64,000 bases of DNA, from the NCBI GenBank assembly GCA_003221655.1, contig QHSV01000236.1:1041-65040 (forward strand). Direction: 5' to 3'. This DNA comes from Candidatus Rokuibacteriota bacterium (GTDB taxonomy: Bacteria > Methylomirabilota > Methylomirabilia > Rokubacteriales > CSP1-6). The notes below the pieces were generated by a model. The model made no database searches. It was given only the letters and a program-made list of their open reading frames with translations, and was not told the DNA's origin. Position numbers and translations under genes: made by a program. Below, one piece after another: positions 20,792 to 30,539 of the stretch (positions within the stretch are counted from its first letter, which is position 1; every line of letters begins with the position of its first letter).

Positions 20792-20846
20792 ACTGTAGCG
20801 GGGCCGTGAGCCGAGGGTGGCCTGAGAAGCAGACGCGATCCGGCTC
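20792..20846 (+). repeat. Copy A of the dispersed intergenic repeat family (tgtagcggggccgtgagcc...gggtggcctgaga...gcgatccggctccg).
   Basis: Shares the TGTAGCGGG(G/T)GCCGTGAG...GGGTGGCC(T/C)GA...GCGA(C/T)CCGGCTCCG core with 46245 and 61137, and in reverse with 5948/6005. Confidence 0.7.
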
Positions 20847-20896
20847 CGTTTGGCTCTACCCGCCTTGGCAGTAACACAGACCGTTCCGGAGGCAAT

Positions 20897-22870
20897 TTGG
20901 CGGCTGTTGCGAACAGCAGCGACGCTCAGGCGCTCGACCCTGAGCACGATACGTTCCCGAAGCTCGTCCGGCTCAACGCGCGCCGCCTCGGAAACAAGGT
21001 CGCGATCCGGGAGAAAGACTTCGGGATCTGGCAGGCGTACACGTGGTCCCAGTACTTCGAGCAGGCGCGCCTCATCGCGCTCGGCCTCGCCTCCCTCGGC
21101 TTCGCGCGCGGCGACCGCGTCGCCATCGTCGGCGATAACCGCCCCCAGCTCTACTGGGCGGTGATGGCGGCCCAGGCGCTGGGCGGCGTCCCGGTGCCGA
21201 TCTACCAGGACTCCATCGAGAAGGAGCTCGAGTACATCGTCGATCACGCCGAGGTCCGGTTCGCCGTCGTCGAGGATCAGGAGCAGGTGGACAAGCTCCT
21301 GAGCGTGAGGGCGCGCTGCCGGCACCTCCAGCACGTCGTCTACGATGATCCGCGCGGGATGCGCACGTATAGCGAGCCCGGCCTCGTGAGCCTGGCCGAG
21401 CTCTGCGAGCTGGGGAAGAAGTTCGAGGTGGGCCATCCCACGCACTTCGACGACGCGGTCGCCCGAGGCGCCGCGGATGACGTCGCCATCATCTGCTACA
21501 CCTCGGGCACCACTGGCGCGCCGAAGGGCGCCATGCTGTCCCACCGGAACCTGATCGCGACCGCGCGCAACGCGGCGCGTTGCGAGGGCCTGGACCAGGA
21601 CGAGGAAGTCCTGTCGTATCTGCCGATGGCGTGGGTCGGTGATCACATCTTCTCCTACGCGCAGGCGATCATCGTGGGGTTCGCCATCAACTGTCCGGAG
21701 AGCGCGGCGACCGTCCTCCCGGACCTGAAGGAGATCGCCCCGACCTACTTCTTCGGCCCACCGCGTATCTGGGAGAGCATCTTGACCGGGGTCATGGTCC
21801 GCGTCGAGGACGCGGCGCGACCGAAGCGCGCGATGGTCCACTTCTTCCTGCGCCTGGCGCAGGACATCGAGCGCAAGCGGCTTAGCCGGCAGGTGGTCCC
21901 CCTCTGGCAACGGCTGCTCTACCCGCTGGGGAGCATCCTCGTCTACGGCCCGCTGAAGGACAATCTCGGCTTCTCGCGCGTCCGCCGCGCGTACACCGCC
22001 GGCGAGGCCATCGGCCCGGAGATCTTCCTCTTCTTCCGCGGCCTGGGCGTCAACGTCAAGCAGCTCTACGGCATGACCGAGGCCAGCGTATTCGTCACCA
22101 TCCAGCGGGACGGTGACGTGCGAGTGGACACCGTGGGAACGGCGATCACGGACGTCGAAATCCGCATCTCGGGCGAGGGAGAGGTGCTGTTTCGGAGCCC
22201 CGGCGTCTTTCAAGGCTACGCGAAGAACCCGGAGGCCACGCGACAGACGCTGGAAGACGGCTGGATCCGATCCGGAGACGCCGGCTTCCTGGACCACGAC
22301 GGCCACCTGAAGATCATCGATCGGGCGAAGGACGTGAGCCGCCTGGCCGACGGGACGATCTTCGCCCCCAAGTTCCTCGAGAACAAGCTCAAGTTCTCAC
22401 CCTACGTCCGCGAGGCCGTCTGCATCGGTCAGGGGCGGCCCTGCGTGACGGCGTTCATCAACATCGATCTCGCGGCCGTGGGGAACTGGGCGGAGCGCCG
22501 GAACATTGCCTACACGAGCTACGCCGACCTGGCCCAAAAGGCGGAGGTCTACGAGTTGATCCACCGGGAGGTGGAGCGCGTGAACCGAAGCCTCGCCGAG
22601 GACGAGGTCCTGCGCGGCGCCCAGGTGAGGCGGTTCCTGATCCTGCACAAGGAGCTGGATCCGGACGACGAGGAGATCACGCGGACGCGCAAGGTGCGTC
22701 GGGGCTACATCGCGCAGAAGTACGCGCCGCTCATCGAGGCGCTCTACGCTGGGCGTGACCGTGTCCAGGTCGAGGCGATGGTGACGTACGAAGACGGCCG
22801 TACCGGCACCATGCGTGCGGACGTGAGCATCCGCGACGTCGACGTCTTCTCCGCCCAGGCGGCGCGGTGA
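20897..22870 (+). CDS. AMP-dependent synthetase/ligase (long-chain-fatty-acid-CoA-ligase-like), embedded in a Liv-type ABC cluster.
   Basis: 657 aa, TTG start with GGAGG 5 nt upstream. AMP-binding motif YTSGTTGAPKGAM. Confidence 0.85.
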   Translation: MAAVANSSDAQALDPEHDTFPKLVRLNARRLGNKVAIREKDFGIWQAYTWSQYFEQARLIALGLASLGFARGDRVAIVGDNRPQLYWAVMAAQALGGVPVPIYQDSIEKELEYIVDHAEVRFAVVEDQEQVDKLLSVRARCRHLQHVVYDDPRGMRTYSEPGLVSLAELCELGKKFEVGHPTHFDDAVARGAADDVAIICYTSGTTGAPKGAMLSHRNLIATARNAARCEGLDQDEEVLSYLPMAWVGDHIFSYAQAIIVGFAINCPESAATVLPDLKEIAPTYFFGPPRIWESILTGVMVRVEDAARPKRAMVHFFLRLAQDIERKRLSRQVVPLWQRLLYPLGSILVYGPLKDNLGFSRVRRAYTAGEAIGPEIFLFFRGLGVNVKQLYGMTEASVFVTIQRDGDVRVDTVGTAITDVEIRISGEGEVLFRSPGVFQGYAKNPEATRQTLEDGWIRSGDAGFLDHDGHLKIIDRAKDVSRLADGTIFAPKFLENKLKFSPYVREAVCIGQGRPCVTAFINIDLAAVGNWAERRNIAYTSYADLAQKAEVYELIHREVERVNRSLAEDEVLRGAQVRRFLILHKELDPDDEEITRTRKVRRGYIAQKYAPLIEALYAGRDRVQVEAMVTYEDGRTGTMRADVSIRDVDVFSAQAAR

Positions 22871-23655
22871 GCCACCCCGCGCCCGCGGGCCCGGTGCTCG
22901 AGGTGAACGGCGTGAGCGTGCGGTTCGGCGCGCTGATCGCGGTCAACCAGGTGAGCCTGAGCGTCGCGCGTGGCCAGATCGTGGCCATCATCGGCCCCAA
23001 CGGCGCCGGCAAAACGACGCTGCTCAACGCCGTCAGCGGGTTCTACCACCCGTACGAGGGACGGATCGCGTTCGAAGGCAAGGACCGTACGCGCCTGCAG
23101 CCGCCCGACGTCGCCGCCCTCGGCATCGCCCGCACGTTTCAGAACGTCGCCCTCTTCAAGGGCATGAGCGTGCTCGACAACATCATGACCGGGCGATTGC
23201 TGAAAATGCGGGGGAGCTTCCTGCTCGAGGCGCTCTACTGGGGACCGGCCAAGCGCCAGGAGCTCGAGCACCGGGCCTTCGTGGAGCGGATCATCGACTT
23301 CCTCGAGATCCAGGCGATCCGCAAGACGCCGGCGGGCCGACTGCCCTACGGACTGCAGAAGCGCGTCGAGCTCGCCCGCGCGCTCGCCGCCGAGCCGAAG
23401 CTCCTGCTGCTCGACGAGCCCATGGCGGGCATGAACGTCGAGGAGAAAGAGGACATGTGCCGCTTCATCCTCGACGTCAACCACGAGTTCGGGACGACCA
23501 TCGCGCTCATCGAACACGACATGGGTGTGGTCATGGACATCTCCGACCGGGTCGTGGTGCTCGACTACGGCCGCAAGATCGCCGACGGCCCGCCGGCCGA
23601 GGTCCGGAAGGACCAGGCCGTCCGCGACGCGTACCTGGGCGTGGCGCATGAGTGA
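22867..23655 (+). CDS. livG: ABC ATP-binding protein, LivG-type.
   Basis: GTG overlaps the upstream stop (GTGA). Walker A GPNGAGKTT. Confidence 0.85.
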   Translation: MSHPAPAGPVLEVNGVSVRFGALIAVNQVSLSVARGQIVAIIGPNGAGKTTLLNAVSGFYHPYEGRIAFEGKDRTRLQPPDVAALGIARTFQNVALFKGMSVLDNIMTGRLLKMRGSFLLEALYWGPAKRQELEHRAFVERIIDFLEIQAIRKTPAGRLPYGLQKRVELARALAAEPKLLLLDEPMAGMNVEEKEDMCRFILDVNHEFGTTIALIEHDMGVVMDISDRVVVLDYGRKIADGPPAEVRKDQAVRDAYLGVAHE

Positions 23656-24586
23656 TCTTCTCTACATGGTGCTGGTCGCGCCGTTCAAGGACATGGCGGG
23701 CGCGCCGGCGTTTCTCGTCGAGGTGCTGATCGGTGGCGTCTTCGCTGGCCTCATGTACTCGCTGGTCGCGCTCGGGTTCGTGCTGATCTACAAGGCCTCA
23801 GGCGTGTTCAACTTCGCTCAGGGCGTGATGGTGCTGTTCGCGGCCCTCACGCTGGTCGGGCTGCTCGAGCGCGGCGCGCCCGTCGTCGTGGCCCTCGCCC
23901 TGACGGTCGCGGTGATGGTGGGGCTGGCCTACGCGATCGAACGGGTCGTGCTGCGCCCGCTCGTCAATCAGCCGCAGATCATCCTGTTCATGGCGACCAT
24001 CGGCTTGAATTTCTTCCTCGAGGGGTTCGGGGAGATGGCGTGGGGCGCCAACGTGAAGAAGCTCGACATCGGCATTCCCGATCGATCGTTCATCGTGCGC
24101 GGGGTCCAGATCAACGAGCTCGAGCTGACGGCGGCGGTGACGGCCGCGGTCCTGGTCACGCTGCTGGCGCTCTTCTTCCAGACGACCCGCATCGGCCGGG
24201 CCCTGCGCGCGGTCGCCGACGACCACGAGGCGGCGCTCTCCATCGGCATCCCGCTCAAGACGATCTGGGTCGTCGTGTGGTCGGTGGCGGGGGTCGTCGC
24301 GATCGTCGCCGGGCTGATGTGGGGCGCCAAGAGCGGCGTGCAGTTCAGCCTCTCACTGATCGCACTCAAGGCGTTGCCGGTGCTCATCCTCGGCGGCTTC
24401 GAGTCCGTGCCAGGCGCCATCGTGGGCGGGCTCATCATCGGCGTCGGCGAGAAGCTGGGCGAGGTGTACTGGGGGCCGCTCGTTGGGGGTGCCATCGAGA
24501 ACTGGTTCGCCTACGTCCTGGCCCTCGCCTTCCTGCTGGTGCGACCACAGGGCCTCTTCGGCGAGAAGATCATCGAGCGCGTGTGA
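23648..24586 (+). CDS. livH: ABC permease, LivH-type.
   Basis: ATG at 23648 overlaps the livG stop. 312 aa LivH-like. Confidence 0.8.
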   Translation: MSDLLYMVLVAPFKDMAGAPAFLVEVLIGGVFAGLMYSLVALGFVLIYKASGVFNFAQGVMVLFAALTLVGLLERGAPVVVALALTVAVMVGLAYAIERVVLRPLVNQPQIILFMATIGLNFFLEGFGEMAWGANVKKLDIGIPDRSFIVRGVQINELELTAAVTAAVLVTLLALFFQTTRIGRALRAVADDHEAALSIGIPLKTIWVVVWSVAGVVAIVAGLMWGAKSGVQFSLSLIALKALPVLILGGFESVPGAIVGGLIIGVGEKLGEVYWGPLVGGAIENWFAYVLALAFLLVRPQGLFGEKIIERV

Positions 24587-24590
24587 TGCG

Positions 24591-25667
24591 GTGATCTACC
24601 GAGAGGCCGGGCAGTTCAAGACGAGCTACGCGAGCGATCAAGCGGTTTTCCCGATCGTCCAGGACCGGGTGTTCGTTCTGGCGGCGGTGGTGGCGGCGTT
24701 CGTGGTGCCGCCGCTGGTCGCCGGCGACTACTGGCTCCAGGCGATCCTGATCCCGTTTCTGATCTACGCGCTCGCGGCCATCGGGCTCAATCTGCTGACC
24801 GGTTACGCCGGCCAGCTCTCGCTCGGCACCGGAGGCTTCATGGCGGTCGGCGCCTACTCGGCGTTCAAGCTGACCACCGCGTTCCCTCAGCTCAGCATCA
24901 TCGCCGTCTTCCTGCTCTCGGGCCTGGCCGCGGCCGCCATCGGCCTCCTGTTCGGCATCCCGAGCCTCAGGATCAAGGGCTTCTACCTCGCCGTCGCGAC
25001 GCTGGCCGCGCAGTTCTTCCTGATCTGGCTCTTCAACAAGGTCGCGTGGTTCACCAACTACGCGTCGTCGGGCACCATCACCGCACCCGATCGCACGGTG
25101 CTCGGCGTGACCGTCACCGGCCCGAACGCGCCGGCGGCGGCGCGCTATGTGATGGCGCTGGCCTTCGTCGCAGTCTTCGCACTGGTCGCCAAGAACCTGG
25201 TCCGCGGTCGCATCGGCCGGTCCTGGATGGCGATCCGCGACCGCGACATCGCCGCCGAGATCATCGGCGTGCGGCCGCTCCGGACAAAGCTGCTCGCGTT
25301 CGGGATCAGCTCCTTCTACTGCGGCGTGGCGGGCGCCGAGCTGGTCTTCCTCTACCTCGGCAGCGCCGAGACGCTCGCCTTCGACATCAACCAGTCGTTC
25401 CTCGTGCTCTTCATGGTGATCATCGGCGGCCTCGGGAGCATCCTGGGGTCCTGGCTGGGCGCCGCGTTCATCATCCTGCTGCCGATCTTCCTCACCAGAC
25501 TGCCGCACAGCCTTGGCCTCACCATGTCGGTCGCGCTGCAGAAGCAGATCGAACTGATGATCTTCGGGGGCCTGATCCTGTTCTTCTTGATCGTCGAACC
25601 TCATGGACTGGCGCGGCTCTGGCAGATCGGCAAGGAAAAGCTGCGCCTCTGGCCGTTCCCTCACTGA
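24591..25667 (+). CDS. livM: ABC permease, LivM-type.
   Basis: GTG five nt after the livH stop. ~358 aa. LivM-like. Confidence 0.75.
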   Translation: MIYREAGQFKTSYASDQAVFPIVQDRVFVLAAVVAAFVVPPLVAGDYWLQAILIPFLIYALAAIGLNLLTGYAGQLSLGTGGFMAVGAYSAFKLTTAFPQLSIIAVFLLSGLAAAAIGLLFGIPSLRIKGFYLAVATLAAQFFLIWLFNKVAWFTNYASSGTITAPDRTVLGVTVTGPNAPAAARYVMALAFVAVFALVAKNLVRGRIGRSWMAIRDRDIAAEIIGVRPLRTKLLAFGISSFYCGVAGAELVFLYLGSAETLAFDINQSFLVLFMVIIGGLGSILGSWLGAAFIILLPIFLTRLPHSLGLTMSVALQKQIELMIFGGLILFFLIVEPHGLARLWQIGKEKLRLWPFPH

Positions 25668-25684
25668 CTCAGGAGGACACACCC

Positions 25685-27001
25685 ATGACGTGGAGAGTTG
25701 CGCTTGTCGGGATAGTGGCGCTGGCCGTCGCCGCCGGTCCGTGGGTCACCAGGGTGCAGGCGGCCGGCGAGATCTTCATCCCGCTGCTCGTCTACCGGAC
25801 CGGACCCTACGCGCCCAACGGGATCCCCATCGCCAACGGGGCCATCGACTACTTCACCCTCGTCAACGAGCGCGACGGCGGCGTGAACGGCGTCAAGATC
25901 GCGTTCGAGGAGTGCGAGGACCAGTACGACACCAAGCAGGGCGTCGAGTGCTACGAGCGGTTGAAGACCAAGAATCCCGTGCTGGTGAACCCGTACAGCA
26001 CCGGCATCACCTATCAGCTCATCCCGAAGGCGCCCGTCGACAAGGTCGTCGTGCACTCAATGGGGTACGGCATGACCGCCACCGCCGACGGCCGTTGGTT
26101 CCCGTGGGTGTTCAACTTCCCGATGACCTACTGGAGCCAGGCCTCGGCCTTCGTGAAGTACGTGGCCGCGCAGGAAGGCGGCATGGACAAGCTCAAGGGC
26201 AAGAAGATCGCGCACATCTATCACAACAGCCCGTATGGCAAGGAGGCGAACCCGACCCTCGAGGAACTGGCGCGCCGCCACGCGTTCGAGCTGACGTTGC
26301 TCGCGGTCGACCATCCCGGCCAGGAGCAGAAGGCCACGTGGCTGCAGATCAGGCGGCTCAACCCCGACTGGATCTACATCTCCGGCTGGGGCGTCATGAA
26401 CCAGGTCGCGATCAAGGAAGCGGCGGCCATCGGCTTCAAAATGGACCGGGTGGTCGGCAACTGGTGGACGGGGACCGAGGTCGACGTGATTCCCGCCGGT
26501 GACGCAGCGAAGGGTTACAAATCCATGAACTTCAACGCCCCGGGCGCAGGGTTCAAGGTACACCAGGACATCAACAAGTTCCTGTACGACAAGGGAAAGG
26601 GCGCCGGCAGGCGGGACGGCATCGGCGAGGTGCTCTACAACCGGATGGTGGTCAACGCCATGCTCAACGTCGAAGCCATCCGGACCGCGATGACGAAGCA
26701 CGGCAACAAGCCGCTCACCGGCGAGCAGGTGCGCTGGGGCTTCGAGAACCTCAACCTCACCGAGAAGCGGCTGGAAGAGCTGGGGATGAAGGGCATGATG
26801 CGCCCTTTGCGGGTGACCTGCGAGAACCACGAGGGGAACGGGCAGGCGTTCGTCCAGCAGTGGGACGGCAAGAAATGGAACGTCGTCTCCGACTGGATCG
26901 AGCCGATTCGCGAGGTGGTGCGGCCGAAGCTCGAGGCGGCGGCCGTCGACGAGGCCAAGAAGCTCGGCTACACGATGCGCGACTGCGCGAAGGAGAAATA
27001 G
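25685..27001 (+). CDS. Periplasmic substrate-binding protein (type I PBP, Liv-type cluster).
   Basis: ATG preceded by AGGAGG. Signal peptide MTWRVALVGIVALAVAAGPWVTRVQAAG. 438 aa. Confidence 0.8.
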   Translation: MTWRVALVGIVALAVAAGPWVTRVQAAGEIFIPLLVYRTGPYAPNGIPIANGAIDYFTLVNERDGGVNGVKIAFEECEDQYDTKQGVECYERLKTKNPVLVNPYSTGITYQLIPKAPVDKVVVHSMGYGMTATADGRWFPWVFNFPMTYWSQASAFVKYVAAQEGGMDKLKGKKIAHIYHNSPYGKEANPTLEELARRHAFELTLLAVDHPGQEQKATWLQIRRLNPDWIYISGWGVMNQVAIKEAAAIGFKMDRVVGNWWTGTEVDVIPAGDAAKGYKSMNFNAPGAGFKVHQDINKFLYDKGKGAGRRDGIGEVLYNRMVVNAMLNVEAIRTAMTKHGNKPLTGEQVRWGFENLNLTEKRLEELGMKGMMRPLRVTCENHEGNGQAFVQQWDGKKWNVVSDWIEPIREVVRPKLEAAAVDEAKKLGYTMRDCAKEK

Positions 27002-27011
27002 AGGCGCGACG

Positions 27012-27830
27012 GTGGCGAGCGCCGCGCCGAGACCGCTCCTGTCGGTCAGCAACATCGAGGTGATCTACGACCACGTGATCCTCGTGTTGAAGGGCGTCTC
27101 GCTCCAGGTCCCCGAGGGGGGCATCGTCACCCTCCTCGGGGCCAACGGCGCCGGCAAGAGCACGACCCTCAAGGCGATCTCGGGGCTCCTCCGGACGGAG
27201 CGCGGCGAGGTGACCAAGGGGACGATCGAGTTCCAGGGGCGAGCGATCCACCGGCAGAACCCCTCCGAGGTGGTGAAGCACGGCATCGTGCAGGTGATGG
27301 AGGGGCGGCACGTGTTCGAGCACCTGACGGTCGAGGAAAATCTCCTGACGGGGGCCTACACGCGTCGCAACGGCCACTCCACGAAGAAGGATCTCGAGGT
27401 CGTCTATCACTACTTTCCGCGGCTGGTCGAGCGCCGCGGGTTCAAAGCGGGCTACATCTCGGGCGGCGAGCAGCAGATGGTGGCCATCGGCCGCGCGCTG
27501 ATGGCGCGACCGAAGATGATGCTGCTCGACGAGCCGTCCATGGGCCTGGCGCCCATGCTCGTGAAGGAGATCTTCGACATCGTCGGCCGCCTGCACCGGG
27601 AGGAAGGGGTGGCGGTGCTCCTGGCCGAGCAGAACGCGACCATGGCATTACAGGTTGCCCAGCATGGCTATGTCATGGAGAATGGCCGGATCGTGCTGGA
27701 CGGTGACGCGAAGACGATCAGCGAGAACGAGGACATCAAGGAGTTCTATCTGGGGCTGACCGGCGTCGGCCAGCGCAAGAGCTATCGGGACGTGAAGCAC
27801 TACCGACGACGGAAGCGATGGCTGTCGTGA
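27012..27830 (+). CDS. livF: ABC ATP-binding protein, LivF-type, with a ~30-aa basic C-terminal extension.
   Basis: Walker A GANGAGKST. Signature ISGGEQQMVAIGR. C-terminal tail ...GQRKSYRDVKHYRRRKRWLS. Confidence 0.85.
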   Translation: MASAAPRPLLSVSNIEVIYDHVILVLKGVSLQVPEGGIVTLLGANGAGKSTTLKAISGLLRTERGEVTKGTIEFQGRAIHRQNPSEVVKHGIVQVMEGRHVFEHLTVEENLLTGAYTRRNGHSTKKDLEVVYHYFPRLVERRGFKAGYISGGEQQMVAIGRALMARPKMMLLDEPSMGLAPMLVKEIFDIVGRLHREEGVAVLLAEQNATMALQVAQHGYVMENGRIVLDGDAKTISENEDIKEFYLGLTGVGQRKSYRDVKHYRRRKRWLS

Positions 27831-28609
27831 CGTCGGGGCCGACGCAGCTCGAGCTCCGAGGCGTCTCCAAGTCCTTCGGCGGCGTCCAGGCCGTGAGTCG
27901 CGTCAGCGTCGACGTCCCGAAGGGCCAGATCCTGTCCATTATCGGTCCCAACGGCGCAGGCAAGACCACCTTGCTCAACTGCATCAGCAGCGTCTTTCAC
28001 CCGGAGACCGGCACCATCGTCCTCGAGGGCCAGGACCTCACCCGGCTCTCGCCGGCCCGCGTCGCCGGCCGGGGCGTCGCCCGCACCTTCCAGAACATCG
28101 CGCTCTTCCGGGGCATGACCGTCGTCGACAACCTGATGCTCGGCCGCCACATCCACATGAAGAACGGCGTGTTTCGCTCCATGCTCTACTGGGGCCCCGG
28201 CCGTCGGGAGGAAGTCGAGCACCGCCGGGTAGTCGAGGACATCATCGACTTCCTCGAGATCGAGGCCATCCGCAAGCGGCCGGTCGGCTCGCTCCCGTAC
28301 GGGCTCCAGAAACGGGTGGAGCTGGGACGAGCCCTGGCGCTCCACCCCAAGGTGCTGCTGCTCGACGAGCCGATGGGCGGGACGAACCACGAAGAGAAAG
28401 AGGACATGGCCCGTTTCATCCTCGACGTCAACGACGAGTGGGGGACCACCATCATCCTCATCGAGCACGACATGGGCGTGGTCATGGACATCTCCCAGCG
28501 TGTGATCGTGCTCGACCTCGGCGAGAAGATCGCCGAGGGAACGCCGGCCGAGGTCAAGGCGCACCCCCAGGTGATCAAGGCGTACCTCGGCACCAAGGCG
28601 AGTGTGTAG
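27818..28609 (+). CDS. livG: ABC ATP-binding protein, LivG-type.
   Basis: 263 aa. Walker A GPNGAGKTT. Confidence 0.85.
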   Translation: MAVVTSGPTQLELRGVSKSFGGVQAVSRVSVDVPKGQILSIIGPNGAGKTTLLNCISSVFHPETGTIVLEGQDLTRLSPARVAGRGVARTFQNIALFRGMTVVDNLMLGRHIHMKNGVFRSMLYWGPGRREEVEHRRVVEDIIDFLEIEAIRKRPVGSLPYGLQKRVELGRALALHPKVLLLDEPMGGTNHEEKEDMARFILDVNDEWGTTIILIEHDMGVVMDISQRVIVLDLGEKIAEGTPAEVKAHPQVIKAYLGTKASV

Positions 28610-28620
28610 GAGGCGAGCCC

Positions 28621-30537
28621 ATGCCGGAGATGACGCTTCCCCAGTTCCTGCTCAAGAACGCCCGGGAGCATCCGACCGCGTCGGCGCTGCGGGAGAAGGA
28701 GAAGGGTATCTGGCAGGAGTGGAGCTGGGCGGATTACCTCGGGCACGTCCGTGCCTTCGCCCTCGGCCTCGTGAGCCTGGGGTTCGGGCGCGACGACAAG
28801 CTCGCCATCCTGAGCGACAACCGACCTCAAGTGTACGCCGCCATGGTCGCAGCGCAGGTCGTGGGCGGGATCCCGGTGCCCGTCTTCCAGGACGCCATCG
28901 CGCGAGAGATCCAGTACGTCATCGATCACGCCGACGCGACGATCGTCTTCGCCGAGGACCAGGAACAGGTGGACAAGATCCTCGAGCTCAAGGGGAGCCT
29001 CCCCAAGGTCGCGAAGCTGATCTACGAGGATCCCAAGGGGCTCCGCCACTACGCCGATCCGCTCCTCATGAGCCTCGAGAAGCTGGAGGAGCTGGGCCGG
29101 AAGCTCGACGGCGAGCGGCCCGGGCTGTTCGAGGAGCTGGTGAGGTCGACGAAATCCCACGATGTGGCGCTGATCTGCTACACCTCCGGCACCACCGGCG
29201 CTCCGAAGGGCGCCATGATCTCGCACGCCAACCTCGTCAGCGCGATCCAGGGGATCCTCGAGGTCGAGCACTACGGCAGGACAGACCAGATGCTCGCCTA
29301 TCTGCCCCCGGCCTGGATCGGCGACACGTTCTGGTCGCTCGCCGGCTCCCTCATCGTCGGCTGCACGGTCAACTGCCCGGAGCGTCCGGAAACGGTGCTC
29401 GAGAATCTGAGAGAGATCGGCCCGCACTTCATGATCGCGCCGCCGAGGATCTGGGAGAACCTGGTCTCCACGGTCCAGATCAAGATGGCGGACGCGTCCT
29501 GGGCGAAGCGCCGTCTGTACACGTGGCTCATGCCGGCCGGGGAAGAGGCGGCACGACGCGCGATGGAGAAGCGGCCGCTCTCGCTCCGGCTGCGCATCCT
29601 CCACGCCCTCGGCGAATTCCTCGTCTTCGCCCCGCTGCGCGACCAGCTGGGCTTTCGGCGCACCCGCTACGCGTACACGGGCGGGGCCCCGCTCGGCCCG
29701 GAGATCTTCCTCTTCTTCCGCTCCCTCGGGATCAACCTCAAACAGGTGTACGGTCAGACGGAGGCGGGCGGTGTGTCCTGCGTCCAGCGCGATGGCGACA
29801 TCAAGCTCGGCACGGTGGGCAAGCCCTTCCCCAACACCGAGGTCAGGCTCACCGAGACGGGCGAGGTCATCAGCCGGAGCCCGTGCGTGTTCGTCGGGTA
29901 CTACAAGAACCCGGAGGCGACGATCGCGACGCTTCGGGACGGGTGGCTCTACTCCGGCGACGCCGCGCTGTTCGACCAGGACGGCCACCTGATCGTCATC
30001 GACCGCGCGAAGGACGTCACCGCTCTCGCCGACAGCACCAAGTTCGCGCCACAGTTCATCGAGAACAAGCTCAAGTTCAGCCCCTACATCAAGGAGGCGG
30101 TGGCGGTTGGCCAGGACCGGCCCTACGTCGGCGCCATGGTCAACATCGACATGGAGAACGTCGGCAAGTGGGCCGAGCGTCGACAGATCGCCTACACGAC
30201 GTACACGGACCTCGCCCAGAAGACGGAGGTCTATGACCTGATCGCCGAGGAGGTCGAGCGGGTGAACCGGGACCTGCCGGACGGCACGCGCATCAACAAG
30301 TACGTGCTCCTCCACAAGGAGCTCGACCCGGACGACGAAGAGGTCACACGCACGCGCAAGGTGCGTCGCGGCTTCGTGGCCAAGAAGTACGCGGACATCA
30401 TCGAGGCGCTCTACTCGGAGGCCCGGTCGGTCGGGGTCATCGCGGTGATCACCTACCAGGATGGGCGGCAGGCCACCGTGCGCACGGAGCTCGCCATCCG
30501 CCAGGTCGGCGCGGCGCGCGAGCTGGCGGGGGTGTAG
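28621..30537 (+). CDS. AMP-dependent synthetase/ligase (second fatty-acid-CoA-ligase-like paralog).
   Basis: ATG preceded by TAGGAGG. ~55% identical to the gene at 20897-22870. YTSGTTGAPKGAM motif. 638 aa. Confidence 0.85.
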   Translation: MPEMTLPQFLLKNAREHPTASALREKEKGIWQEWSWADYLGHVRAFALGLVSLGFGRDDKLAILSDNRPQVYAAMVAAQVVGGIPVPVFQDAIAREIQYVIDHADATIVFAEDQEQVDKILELKGSLPKVAKLIYEDPKGLRHYADPLLMSLEKLEELGRKLDGERPGLFEELVRSTKSHDVALICYTSGTTGAPKGAMISHANLVSAIQGILEVEHYGRTDQMLAYLPPAWIGDTFWSLAGSLIVGCTVNCPERPETVLENLREIGPHFMIAPPRIWENLVSTVQIKMADASWAKRRLYTWLMPAGEEAARRAMEKRPLSLRLRILHALGEFLVFAPLRDQLGFRRTRYAYTGGAPLGPEIFLFFRSLGINLKQVYGQTEAGGVSCVQRDGDIKLGTVGKPFPNTEVRLTETGEVISRSPCVFVGYYKNPEATIATLRDGWLYSGDAALFDQDGHLIVIDRAKDVTALADSTKFAPQFIENKLKFSPYIKEAVAVGQDRPYVGAMVNIDMENVGKWAERRQIAYTTYTDLAQKTEVYDLIAEEVERVNRDLPDGTRINKYVLLHKELDPDDEEVTRTRKVRRGFVAKKYADIIEALYSEARSVGVIAVITYQDGRQATVRTELAIRQVGAARELAGV

Positions 30538-30539
30538 CC

